DNA of 64,000 bases. Origin: Balanoglossus misakiensis. Taxonomy: Eukaryota > Animalia > Hemichordata. The notes beneath the pieces are model-generated. The model ran no database searches and had not been told where the DNA came from. It saw only the letters and a list, made by a program, of their open reading frames with translations. This document shows, in pieces, positions 39,765 through 50,255 of the stretch. Every line of letters starts with the position of its first letter. The stretch's first letter is position 1. The stretch spans positions 62,001 to 126,000 of the forward strand of contig JBECUI020000032.1 of the NCBI GenBank assembly GCA_040954595.2, given 5' to 3'. The position numbers were made by a program, and so were the translations under genes.

Positions 39765-42725
39765 ATGAATGCAAAAATCTTAGCCAAAAAATCAGCTTCT
39801 TGCCTTGTGCCTTTTTCTATCTTATGGTCTCCTGCGCCGATCTTGATGGTCCTTACAATTTCTTTGGAGCAATCACCTACCAGGACGAAGACACGGAAAT
39901 CACCATAACTGGCCTGGCAAACAGAGTCGCCAAAAACCTGACAATTCCTGCCAGCATTCACAACAAGCCAGTTACAGTAATCGCCGAGGCAGCCTTTAAA
40001 AATACGACCATTACCAGTGTGGTCATCCCAAACAGTGTAATCACCATAGGAGACCAAGCTTCGCCATGGCTGAATCCCTAAGCGAAGTGTACATAGCCAA
40101 TGGTATCACCTCCATTGGCTATCAGGCATTTGCCGGTACGGCCATCACCAGCGTGCAAATCCCCAACAGCGTAACCTCCATAGGAAACGAAGCCTTCGCC
40201 ATGGCTGAATCCCTAAGCGAAGTGCACATAGGAAATGGTATCACTTCCATAGGCAGCCTGGCCTTTGCCGGTACGGCCATCACCACGTTGACCATCCTGG
40301 CCGTAAGGGCCCCCAGCCTTGCGGGGGACCCTACCAAGACCTTCACCGAACCCCTCAGTAGTAGCACCTTGTGCTACCCCATTGGAGACACGGACTACAC
40401 CGAAGCACCCTGGAGCAACTTCAGCAACAAAAAAACAGTTCTAGACCCTGCTGTCATTGACGATATAAACAGAGAACATCTAAACATCTCCATTAGCCTC
40501 AAACCCCTACCCGGCGTTACCATCACCCTAGAAGCCCACACTGGAGGCGCATTTACCGACGATCTCCCCCAAACAGTAGACTCCGACCCAACCATAACAA
40601 CCTCTCAAATTATAACCTTTACCAACCTAAGGGATGGTGCCTCCTACTACCTGCGGGCCAGAGCATACCAAGACAACCAGGAGAACCCCACCGATTGGAT
40701 AGAGCTGCCTGGTTCACCCTTCATCACCAGAAAGCTACCCATATTCAGCATTGAAAGAGTCCTGACAGACAAAAAGGACTATCATCCTCACCTTCAAAAC
40801 TCAACCCGGTATCTCTATCTCCGTTCAGGCACATAGTAATGCGGACTACACCTACTTCTCCTCAGTAAGTGAACACGATTTATCAAAGCCTCAGGAGAAT
40901 TCTTGGAGATACGCCTTTCAAACTTGATGACCCCCAGTGGTAAGTACTACCTCCGAGCCAAGGCATCAACTCTTTAGGAGAAAGAAGTGTCTGGGTAGAG
41001 GCCCCCGACAATCCCTACTTCATTTTTTTCTCCAGCATCGTTGATGCCATTCCCCGTTCAGGGAAGATAATTGTCAAAGTTAAGTCTAACCAAAAGAGAT
41101 GCTCAAAAAATCCAGATCTCCGAAAATGAAAATTTCACTAGCATCGCCAATGAAATTTCTTTTGTGAGTGAGAGCTACGACAAGACATTAGAAATAAACG
41201 GACTCAGCAATGATAAACCTTATTACCTGCGCACCCTGCTGGCCGACGGCAGCTTCGGTTCCCAATACTCCACCCCCCTCATCCCTACCGCCGACGGCAA
41301 GCAGTACATCCACCGCCTAAGCGAACTGGCCAAAATCGGAGTGGATACGGAAAACTACCCCGCTAACTGGAACTACGAGTTAAAAGGGACCTAAAATTCT
41401 TCGATGCCGACAATAACGGGGTTGAGAATGACAGATTCGACAGCAACGACACTTCCAATGACGGGGCATGGGAACCCCTTACTCCTGGAATTTTTAACAA
41501 CCAAGTCTACCAAAGCGGAGGATTCACCGGAAGCTTTGACGGTAAGAATCAACTTGATTGAGGGATTGCTCATTGATGGGCTTGGACTTAATAGAGTCGG
41601 TTTATTTGGAACCATAGCTCCCGAAGGGGAGATTAAGAATCTTGTTTTAACGAACCTGTTCGTCCAGGGGAACAGCGAGGATACAGGTGGTTTGATCGGA
41701 TACAACTTAGGAAGCCTGACAAACAGCCATATCAACGGGTTTGTCTGGGGGGAAGGGCAACGCACAGGCGGCTTGGTTGGGTACAACAAGGGCAACATAA
41801 CAGCCAGTTATTCCACCGGAAATATCTCGGGAATGGGCGATAACACGGGTGGTTTAGTAGGAGAGCATGCAAGTGGCAGCATAACCGACAGTTATGCTGC
41901 CTGCGCGGTAATAGGGTTCAACAATGTGGGTGGCTTAGTCGGGAACAACAAAAGCAGCATAACGGGCAGCTATGCCACGGGGGATGTCCAGGGGGACGGG
42001 GACAATCTGGGTGGCTTGGTCGGGAGCAACAGCAGCAGCATAACGGGCAGCTATGCCACGGGGAATGTCCAGGGGGACGGGGGGGACAATCTGGGTGGCT
42101 TGGTCGGGAGCAACAGCAGCAGCATAACGGGCAGCTATGCCACGGGGGAGGTCTCAGAGGGCAGTGTTGTGGGTGGTTTGGTCGGAACTCATGAGAACGG
42201 TGCAAGCATAACAGGTAGTTATGCCACAGGAGATGTCAGGGGGACATCGAAAGTGGGTGGTTTGATTGGAGTGATGCCGTACAGTCCGTCTGCTATGTCT
42301 TCCACTACTCTAACAGACAGCTATGCTACCGGGAATGTCTCTGGGGAACAGATAGTAGGAGGCTTAATCGGAGAGAGCTGGGCTACCATAACCAACAGCT
42401 ATGCCACAGGGGATGTCTCGGCTACTATTGATAATATTGGGGGGCTGGTAGGAGTATTAAAGAGTGAAGGTAGCATAACCAACAGCTACCGCTACAACAA
42501 CCAGACCATCACTCCCCCTGATAACGTCACCCCCAACACCTCTGGCAGCATCGTAACCCTGGATCAACTAAAAACCCCAAGCTGGTACACCTCCACCGAC
42601 TCAAGCAATCTAGGCTGGACCGCCGAGGACTGGGTCATCACAGGCCGGGTAGACGGCACCCCCCCTACCACCCCCACATCAGCAACTTCCCCGGCCAACC
42701 CAACACCCCCCTCCCAACCCCCTAG
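39765..42725 (+). CDS. Surface lipoprotein 1: BspA-type LRRs, FN3-like domains, GLUG repeats; many frameshifts
   Basis: Reconstructed MNAKILAKK(I)SFLPCAFFYLMVSC lipobox; IPNSVTSIGNEAF LRRs; TNLRDGASYYLRARAY; GGLVG...ITGSYATGDV repeats; paralog-like end YHPHISNFPGQPNTPLPTP* at 42725. Confidence 0.8.
41925..42190 (+). repeat. Near-identical GLUG-coding tandem units of about 78-81 bp
   Basis: GGGTGGCTT(A/G)GTCGGGA...AGCAGCATAACGGGCAGCTATGCCACGGG recurs 3 times. Confidence 0.85.
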
Positions 42726-42762
42726 CCATCACCCCCGCAAATGCGGGGATGATGCCTCTACC

Positions 42763-42945
42763 AGCAAACCCGCCCTCCAAGCCCCCCCACTCTGGGAGGG
42801 GCCTTGGAAGGCTTCCCCCAAAGGCCATACAGCCCCATCTCACCCCCAAACCCTACCCCTGCACCTCCCCCTACCAGCAAACCCGTCAAGCAAACCCGCC
42901 CCCCAAGCCCCCCCACTTCGGGCGGGCCTTGGAAGGCTCACCCCA
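42763..42945. repeat. Two C-rich direct repeats of about 57 bp with an internal palindrome (REP-like)
   Basis: AGCAAACCCGCC(T/C)CCAAGCCCCCCCACT..GGG.GGGCCTTGGAAGGCT..CCCC at 42763 and 42889. Confidence 0.7.
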
Positions 42946-43137
42946 ACAGACCAGACCACCTCCCAAACCACTCCTTCCCCATAGCAACCTTCACTCCCAA
43001 AACCGTACTTCCCATAAAACAGAAAATAATCTTAAAAAAACTGGGCTTTCCCTCTAAAACGCAATAAGTTTTTATACCGTAGTATCCTTATTCAACATAA
43101 CAACTCAACCAAAAAGTCTTGTACCTAAGGAAAAGAC

Positions 43138-43166
43138 TTGACAAAAAGGAATCACTACGATAACAT
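43138..43166 (+). promoter_or_regulatory. Sigma70 promoter for lipoprotein 2
   Basis: TTGACA-N17-TAACAT; AGGAG RBS at 43191 and ATG at 43205 follow. Confidence 0.65.
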
Positions 43167-43204
43167 AGACCAAGTAAAATCAAACTTTTAAGGAGACCCA
43201 GCAT

Positions 43205-46082
43205 ATGAAACATATGAATTTATTCACTCACTCACTCACTCACTCACTCACTCACTCACTCACTCACTCACTCACTCACTCACTCACTCACTCACTCACT
43301 CACTCACTCACTCACTCACTCACTCACTCACTCACTCTCCCGCGTTAGGACAGCATAGAAATACCTTAGCTAAAGCTAAAAAACTCCTCCTTTTCCCCAT
43401 CGCCTTGTACCTCTTAAGCTCCTGTAATAACCCCACCACTCCTACCTTTGAAGCAATCACCTACCGGAACGAAGGTGCAGAAATCACCATAACCGGCTTG
43501 GCAGAAGAAGACACCACTGACCTCACCATACCCTCAGCCATTCAAGGCAAGCCCGTTACGGCCATAGCTAACGAAGCCTTTAAAAACTCTACTCTTATCA
43601 GAGTGAGCATCCCGGACAGCGTAAAGACCATAGGAGACGAAGCCTTTAACGTAGTTGCATCCCTAAGCGAAGTGCACTTAGGTAACGGTATTACCTCCAT
43701 AGGTAACAGGGCCTTTGCAGGTACTACTCTCACCAGTCTGAGCATCCCAGACAGCCTAACTACCATAGGAGACGAAGCCTTTAACGTAGTTGCATCCCTA
43801 AGCGAAGTGCACTTAGGTAACGGTATTACATCCATAGGTAACAGGGCCTTTGCAGGTACTACTCTCACCAGTCTGAGCATCCCAGACAGCCTAACTACCA
43901 TAGGAGACGAAGCCTTTAACGTAGTTGCATCCCTAAGCGAAGTGCACTTAGGTAACGGTATTACATCCATAGGTAACAGGGCCTTTGCAGGTACTACTCT
44001 CACCAAACTCACCATCCTGGCCCCAACGGCCCCCAGCATTGCAGGAACACCAGCAGAAGCCTTCCCCACACCCTTAACTGACATTAGCTTAAACTACCCC
44101 ATCGGAGCCTCTGGCTACTCAGAAGCCCCCTGGAGCGACTTCGGCACACTAAAACATTTCCTAGAACCCACTGTCATGGAAAACCTAAACCCCGAACATT
44201 TAAGCATCATCATCAGCCTCAAAGCCCTACCCGGTGTCACCATCACCGTAGAAGCTCACACCGAACCTGGCTTTACCGGTAATGCTGCCGTAACTCTAGA
44301 ATCTGACCCAACGGCAACAACTGCCCAGGAGATAACCTTGACTGGACTGAGCAACGAAACCTCCTACTACCTGAGGGCCAGAGCATACCAAGACGACCAG
44401 GAGAACCCCACCGACTGGATAGAACTCCCCGGCAACCCCCATATCCCAAGGCCCCACCCCACAGTCAGCATAGAAGGGCTTGAAGTCAGCTTCACAGACC
44501 TCACCATCAGTCTCCAAGCCCTAATCGGTGTGACCATCACCGTCACGGCCCATAGCCAGGCTGATTACTCCGACCAAGCCGTGGCCTCAGAATCCCTTGA
44601 AGCCTCAGGAGAAATCCAGGAGCTAAGCCTTAGGGGCCTGACCAGCGGAGATCTTTACTACATTCGGGTCCAGGGAGTGAACTCTCAAGGAGAAACCAGT
44701 GCATGGACAGAAGCCCCAGGCAATCCCTACACCATCCCCATCGCCCGCATTAGCGATGCCATACCCCGTTCTGGAAAGATAACAGCCATGGTTGGGGCTA
44801 TCACAGGAACAGCGGCAAAAGTCCAGGTCTCCGAAAATGAAGATTTCTCTAGCATCGCCAAGGAAATTTCTTTCACAGGCGGCAGCGCTGGAAGCTTGAA
44901 CACGCTGGAACTGAATGGACTGACCAATGACAGCAGCTACTACCTGCGGATCCTCCTGAGTGACAGCAGCACTGAATACCGCTACTCCACGCCTCTGATC
45001 CCCACCGCCGACGGCAAGCAGTACATCCACCGCTTAAGCGAACTGGCCAAAATCGGAGTGGATACAGAAAACTACCCCGATAGCTGGGACTACGAATTAA
45101 ACAGGAACCTCAACTTTGCCGACGCCAACAACGACAGCGTAAAGGATGACCCCTTCGACAACGACAATGATGCCGACAACGGAAACTGGACACCAATCAC
45201 TCCTGGAACCTTTAACGATAAGAACTACCTAAGCGGCGGATATAGCAGAAACTTTAAGGGCAATAAGCACAGCATTGAGGGAATGACCATTCAAACCCCT
45301 TTAGTTACTGGAGTCGGTTTATTTGGAGCCGTGGCTACCGGAGGGGAGATCAAAGATCTGGGAATGCTAAAGGGGGCTGTTTCAGGGAAGTTTGTTGTGG
45401 GGGCTTGGTCGGATACAACGGCGGCAGCATAACGGGCAGCTATACCACTGGAGAAATGAGGGGTGAAGAGAGAACCGGAGGAATAGCCGGAGTCAATTCC
45501 GGTGCCATAATGAACAGTTATGCTACAGGAAATGTCTCAGGGCGATCTTTCCTTGGAGGCTTAAGCGGACTTGATTTTAGTACAGGTACCATAACAAACA
45601 GCTATACCACCGGGGATGTCCTGGGGGAGAGTGGTCCTACAGGTGGCTTGGTCGGAGAGTCTGGTGGTACCATAATGGCTAGCTATGCCACCGGGAACGT
45701 CGCCGGGTCTACCGCAGGTGGCTTGATCGGATTCGGCCTAGCCACCATAACGAACAGCTATGCCACTGGAGATGTGACAGGAGGAAGTATAGGCGGCTTG
45801 GCCGGACTTGTTCAGGCTAACTTCACAAACTGCTTCCGCTATAAGAACCAGACAATGACTACCACATCCGCTAACCCTGCAACGGCCATCAACAATGCAG
45901 GCGAAGAGGTAGGCCTCGAGCAACTAAAAACCCCCGACTGGTACACCACTGACCTGGGCTGGTCCACAGACACCTGGCGCATTGATGGCCTGGTAAACGC
46001 CGATGTCCCCTCCTACCCCCACGTACTCCAAAGGGGAACAACAACAACAGTCCCCAACCAACCCTTCACCCCCATCCCCTAG
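43205..46082 (+). CDS. Surface lipoprotein 2: BspA-type LRRs, three FN3-like domains, GLUG repeats; SSR-controlled start, extra frameshift near 45405
   Basis: ATG 43205, (CACT)28, then KAKKLLLFPIALYLLSSC lipobox in another frame; LRRs; LTGLSNETSYYLRARAY, LRGLTSGDLYYIRVQG, LNGLTNDSSYYLRI; GGLVG..SYATG repeats. Confidence 0.85.
43225..43336 (+). repeat. Perfect tetranucleotide microsatellite (CACT)28
   Basis: 112 nt counted directly; starts 20 nt after the ATG. Confidence 0.97.
43604..44004 (+). repeat. 135-bp near-identical tandem repeat x3 (two BspA LRRs per unit)
   Basis: ACCATAGGAGACGAAGCC starts at 43627, 43762 and 43897. Confidence 0.95.
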
Positions 46083-46096
46083 CCCCCCCCGCAAAA

Positions 46097-46126
46097 GCTC
46101 AGGGCCTGTTCTACCAAGCCCTGAGC
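46097..46126. terminator. Hairpin after lipoprotein 2
   Basis: GCTCAGGGC...GCCCTGAGC; U-tract only on the minus strand. Confidence 0.45.
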
Positions 46127-46239
46127 ACCCCTCCCCCCCATCCCTCCAGAGAAGATCGCCTTAGCCTGCCATACAACTGACCCCCTCAAGCAAAGACAGC
46201 AAGAATGACCTTTCAGGCCCCTAACGTTACAGGAATCCC

Positions 46240-46635
46240 TCTATGGGGGGCTATCGTTGGAAGAAGTGAAGGATATGGGTCGGCGGGTAGCTCTGTCTCG
46301 GGGTACAGAAACGTGGATGCTTTGGTCGGAAGCAGTCGGGGGTCTCATAAGCAACAGCTATGCCACCGGGGAAGTCCGTGGGGGAAATCCATCGGCTCTA
46401 TAGATGACCGCCACGCCGTTAGGGATGTCTCAGGGTCGCAATCCGAAGTAGAAGGTTTCTATAGGAGATAAGAGAGACAGCACCGATAAAAAGCCGCAGC
46501 GGAGGTATCGGATAAAACTGACAATGTAGCCAGAACATTAACCTTACTGACCTTGATGACAAGGCCCTCAGCCCCAGGTACTCCAAAGCGGGTGGTCTAT
46601 TCCTCAACAGCAACCACCATCCCCCAGAAACTCTT
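46240..46635 (+). pseudogene. Decayed fragment of a third GLUG paralog
   Basis: VSGYRNVDALVGSS, ISNSYATGEVRG and DVSGSQSEVEGF pieces in shifting frames; shares AACAGCTATGCCAC with the upstream genes. Confidence 0.6.
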
Positions 46636-46639
46636 TTTG

Positions 46640-46715
46640 TTTGGGCGTCCGGGCGGGCTTTCCGGGGCTACGGTCCTTACGGACCGCCTTCGGCGCCCCT
46701 CCAATCCCTGACGCA
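46640..46715 (+). ncRNA. Flavo-1-like structured repeat element, copy 2
   Basis: GGGCGTCCGGGCGGGCTTTCC...CAATCCCTGACGCA; differs from copy 1 at a few mostly unpaired positions. Confidence 0.6.
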
Positions 46716-47008
46716 GGAGCCCCCCTTTCAATCCCCCAAAAGCAAGCTCCCCGAGGAACTACCACCCTCTAACGCTGGAACTTAAGCAAGCTCAGCAATA
46801 AAACACGCCATTCTTGTTCTGTGGCAATCATAAGACAAAGCCAGGTAGAAATATTTTCCAAACTCCGAGCCTTAACCCTGAGTAGTCTAATTGTTAAAAG
46901 GACTTGCTAACGGATAAAAAATTTAATAAAATTATTCTATGGGTTGCATGAGTCAAGGAAGAAAAACAAATTTCACCAAGCTTTTTTCCCTCGTTTACCT
47001 AATACATA

Positions 47009-48628
47009 ATGAGTAATGAAAACTTTTCTGGTAAAATAGATCCTGAGATAGCTAGTCTCCTGGAAGAAGGAGACCCCTCTAGTGACTCTCCGAATTTCCA
47101 AGAGCTCTTTGAAGAAGACAAAGCACAAGAAGAAAATACTCTTATCCAGTCTGTCGCCCAAAACACTTTTTCTGTTGTTACACAGTTTCAACAAGCCCCC
47201 TCCCCTCTTTTTTCTGATAAAAACTTCTACCAGAACCTCCTTAGCAACATAGGAGAGCCAGCAAAGAAATTTCATAAGTCTCTGCAGCACTTCATTAAAT
47301 GCGATAATCCGAAAGAAATTGGGTTCATACGTCAGCAATTGGTGTCCAATTATTGGAGTTTTTATCGTTCCCTTGCCTCTACCTACAACAATGACGAAAG
47401 AAACAGACGCTATACTCTCCGGTACAGCATTATTCTGCCCAGTCTTCTTTCGCCTGATCAGCTGGACATGCTTTCTCGGGTGGTTTTTGAAAAACCCTAC
47501 AAGGAACCCATTCACTACATTGATGAATGGTTGGACTTGGTAAGCCAGGGAGAAGTGAATCCCCTGGCCAGTGATGAGCTTAAAGTCTCGCAAATGGATA
47601 GCCAAACCAAACTGAACACCCGAATAAAAAAGTTAAAGGAAGCAAAGATGCCGATCTTACCATACTCAGCAAGCTTGTTGTGGACAGGGACGAGAGGGAG
47701 GCACGGCTTGTTTCCAAGGTCAACGCCCTTCAGTACCATGATGTTCACAGGAATTTCTCTGAGTTTAAACTTCCTTATACGGCCTCCCAGAAAAAAGACA
47801 TTGAGCAGATAAACGAGATCATTCGGGAGCTGTTGAGGCTGGATAAGGAATTAAAACTTCTCCATGAACCGTCTTGACGAGACGGAAAGCACACTAAGCA
47901 AATTAAATCGCCAGATTAAGAACGCAAAACCACTGGTGGACAAAAGTACCTTAGAAAAAGAAATCGATAACATCCGCCAGATGCACAAATTATGCGTAGG
48001 CCGGCAGGGGAATCACTTCCCCTTTCTGATGAAAAAGTTCTTCATCTTGTCCAAGAGCGACCAGCTCGGTACCCGGGAAAATATTATCCAGGCAATGAGT
48101 CAAGTCGAGAAAGTAGATCCTGGGGTCTTTCTTCGAACATTCCGGCAGAAAGTAAACCGCATAGTTCCCCACACCATTATTATCCCCTGCTATGGAGACA
48201 GAGGTATCTGCTGGGAACCCTTTGATCGCTACAACAAAGCTATCAGCCCCGGGCGAATTGCCATACCTCTCTATCCCAAAGACCTCAAACTTGCCGTTAT
48301 ATTTGCCCTAGGTGATCTCCGGTGGAATGTCGCCAAGGAACGAGCCCAGCATTACTGGATGGAAGAAGGACTGACGGGGCATTACTTTCAGTGGTTTAGT
48401 TCCCAGAAATTACGGGGCGATGCCAGGGGTAAATTCCTTGAAGACTATGCGTTGTGGATCAACAAAGAATCGCAGGGTGTTCAGAGTCTTCCCAGAGAAG
48501 TTCGGGGAATCTTCTGGCGTTACACACCCTTCCCCCAAGAACTCAAGGATTCTCTGCGCAACCATGGTTTTGTCTATAACGAACTCTATAAGAAGGACCT
48601 TAACCGGTCTATCTCTGATGGATATTGA
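47009..48628 (+). CDS. Conserved-looking hypothetical protein with a coiled-coil middle; 2 frameshifts
   Basis: Three consecutive overlapping ORFs (47009, 47680, 47864); IHYIDEWL, KLCVGRQGNHFP, GICWEPF, HYWMEEGLTG. Confidence 0.7.
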
Positions 48629-48631
48629 TAC

Positions 48632-48907
48632 TTAGTTGCGGCGCATAGGAAACAAAGGCTTGATGTAGTTATCCAGTTTCCATTTCTTATTGATCCAACG
48701 GACGATTCGTGAGTAAATTAAAAAAGTTCCCACAATAGATCCGATGATGCACAAAAGGAAGGTCAGCGTTTTTACTCCATTACTCTCAATATTACGGACG
48801 AGCCAGGTGGCCAAGATGAGTAAAATAACCAGGAGAAAAAGCATGATCAAGATATTAGCAAGAGTTCCCAACAAGATAAAAAGCAACGTATTAATATTTT
48901 TATTCAT
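48632..48907 (-). CDS. Small two-TM membrane protein coupled to lspA
   Basis: MNKNINTLLFILLGT...WKLDNYIKPLF; overlaps the lspA stop. Confidence 0.75.
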   Translation of the reverse strand: MNKNINTLLFILLGTLANILIMLFLLVILLILATWLVRNIESNGVKTLTFLLCIIGSIVGTFLIYSRIVRWINKKWKLDNYIKPLFPMRRN

Positions 48908-49427
48908 GTGCTTTTCTTGCCTTGCTTTGGCCTACTTCCATAATCAACATGGAAATGACTAACAAGATTCCTGAAATCAAGACACTGGCATCAGCGACAT
49001 TGAAGGCGGGCCAGCGCTCCATACCGAAGATACCGTAAAACTTGAAATCAAGAAAGTCCACAACCCCCTGAGGGCGAAAAATTCTGTCTATTAAATTGCC
49101 GATTCCTCCCCCGACAATTCCGGCAAGCATCCAGCGCTGTCCTTCTGAAACCTCCTTAGACTTCAGCAGATAGACTATCAAAAAGGCCAATACGACCAGA
49201 GGCAGAATAATAAAGAAAATTATTCTTAGCAGTTCCGGCCAATTCCCCCCCAGACTAAAAGCCATCCCAAGATTCCTCACATGAATCATGCGAAAAAAAT
49301 CTCCTCCCAGAGAAAATTTAACCGAGTAAAGGGGGATTCTGGCCACAACAAGGGCCTTGGTAAACTGGTCCAGGGCTATCAAAAGCACCGTAAGCAGCAA
49401 AGGTCTAAACCGTTTGAATTCCAACAT
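48900..49427 (-). CDS. lspA: Lipoprotein signal peptidase II
   Basis: DQFTK, NLGMAFS, GNLIDR, VVDF, FNVAD. Confidence 0.97.
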   Translation of the reverse strand: MLEFKRFRPLLLTVLLIALDQFTKALVVARIPLYSVKFSLGGDFFRMIHVRNLGMAFSLGGNWPELLRIIFFIILPLVVLAFLIVYLLKSKEVSEGQRWMLAGIVGGGIGNLIDRIFRPQGVVDFLDFKFYGIFGMERWPAFNVADASVLISGILLVISMLIMEVGQSKARKAHE

Positions 49428-49429
49428 CG

Positions 49430-50191
49430 TTAATATCCTGTAGGTATGTCAATAAAGGTTGTATCTATAGAAAGTTCTTCTTGCACCAATTGGGCCATGG
49501 CTCGAACACCGTAAATTTCCGTAAGGTAATGTCCCCCGAAGAGAACATTGATTCCCGCTTCCTTACAATCGTGAAATATCGAATGACTGGCATCTCCGGT
49601 AATATAGACATCCAGTTTGTCTGCAATAGCTTCCGAAACTTCACGAGGAGCTCCGCCAGAAATGATGCCTATGCTGTGGTTTTTTTCCGGCCCAAAAGGG
49701 AGAACGCTGACCCTGGGTTCCCAGGCACCAAAAAGTGTTGTGACGATTTCTTCCATAGTAAGAGGTTCTTGCAGAGAACCTTTCCACCCAATATTCTTCT
49801 TCTTGTAGCTGCCAAAGGGTAAACGTTCCTTTACACCAAGGGCCTTAGCAATCAAGGCATTGTTGCCCAATTCCCCATGCTTATCCAAAGGCAGATGCAC
49901 CGCATAGAGAGCCAGATCATTTTTCATCAGAAACCTTATCCGTTCTCCCATAACACCAGTAAGGGGCACAGGACTTCCCCAGAAGAGCCCATGATGCACA
50001 AAAAGAAGCTCGGCCCCTTCGGCAATGGCACGGGAGAAAGTATCCTGACAGGCATCCACAGCAAAGGCCACTTTTGTTATCTCGGCACTCATATCTCCCA
50101 CCTGAATACCGTTCAGGGAAAGATCAATGGAAGCAAACTCATCCAAATCCACATGCCCCCGCAGCCATCGATCAAAATCAAGTAATTTCAT
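49430..50191 (-). CDS. Nif3-like dinuclear metal protein (YbgI family)
   Basis: NGIQV, VHHGLFW, HLPLD...GNN, YITGD, GGHYLTE. Confidence 0.95.
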   Translation of the reverse strand: MKLLDFDRWLRGHVDLDEFASIDLSLNGIQVGDMSAEITKVAFAVDACQDTFSRAIAEGAELLFVHHGLFWGSPVPLTGVMGERIRFLMKNDLALYAVHLPLDKHGELGNNALIAKALGVKERLPFGSYKKKNIGWKGSLQEPLTMEEIVTTLFGAWEPRVSVLPFGPEKNHSIGIISGGAPREVSEAIADKLDVYITGDASHSIFHDCKEAGINVLFGGHYLTEIYGVRAMAQLVQEELSIDTTFIDIPTGY

Positions 50192-50255
50192 ACAGTAGCA
50201 TTATAATATAAATTTTTAATCTCGCACAGATCCCCGCAGTACGTTATAGTAAATT

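Noticed and set aside
42726-43067. Pro-rich C-terminal extension and Pro-rich ORFs
   Set aside because: A 1-nt shift in the C7 run at 42659-42665 gives an end matching paralog 2; the rest is non-coding repeat
39765-46635. Diversity-generating retroelement acting on the lipoproteins
   Set aside because: No reverse transcriptase in the window and no template/variable repeat pair differing only at adenines
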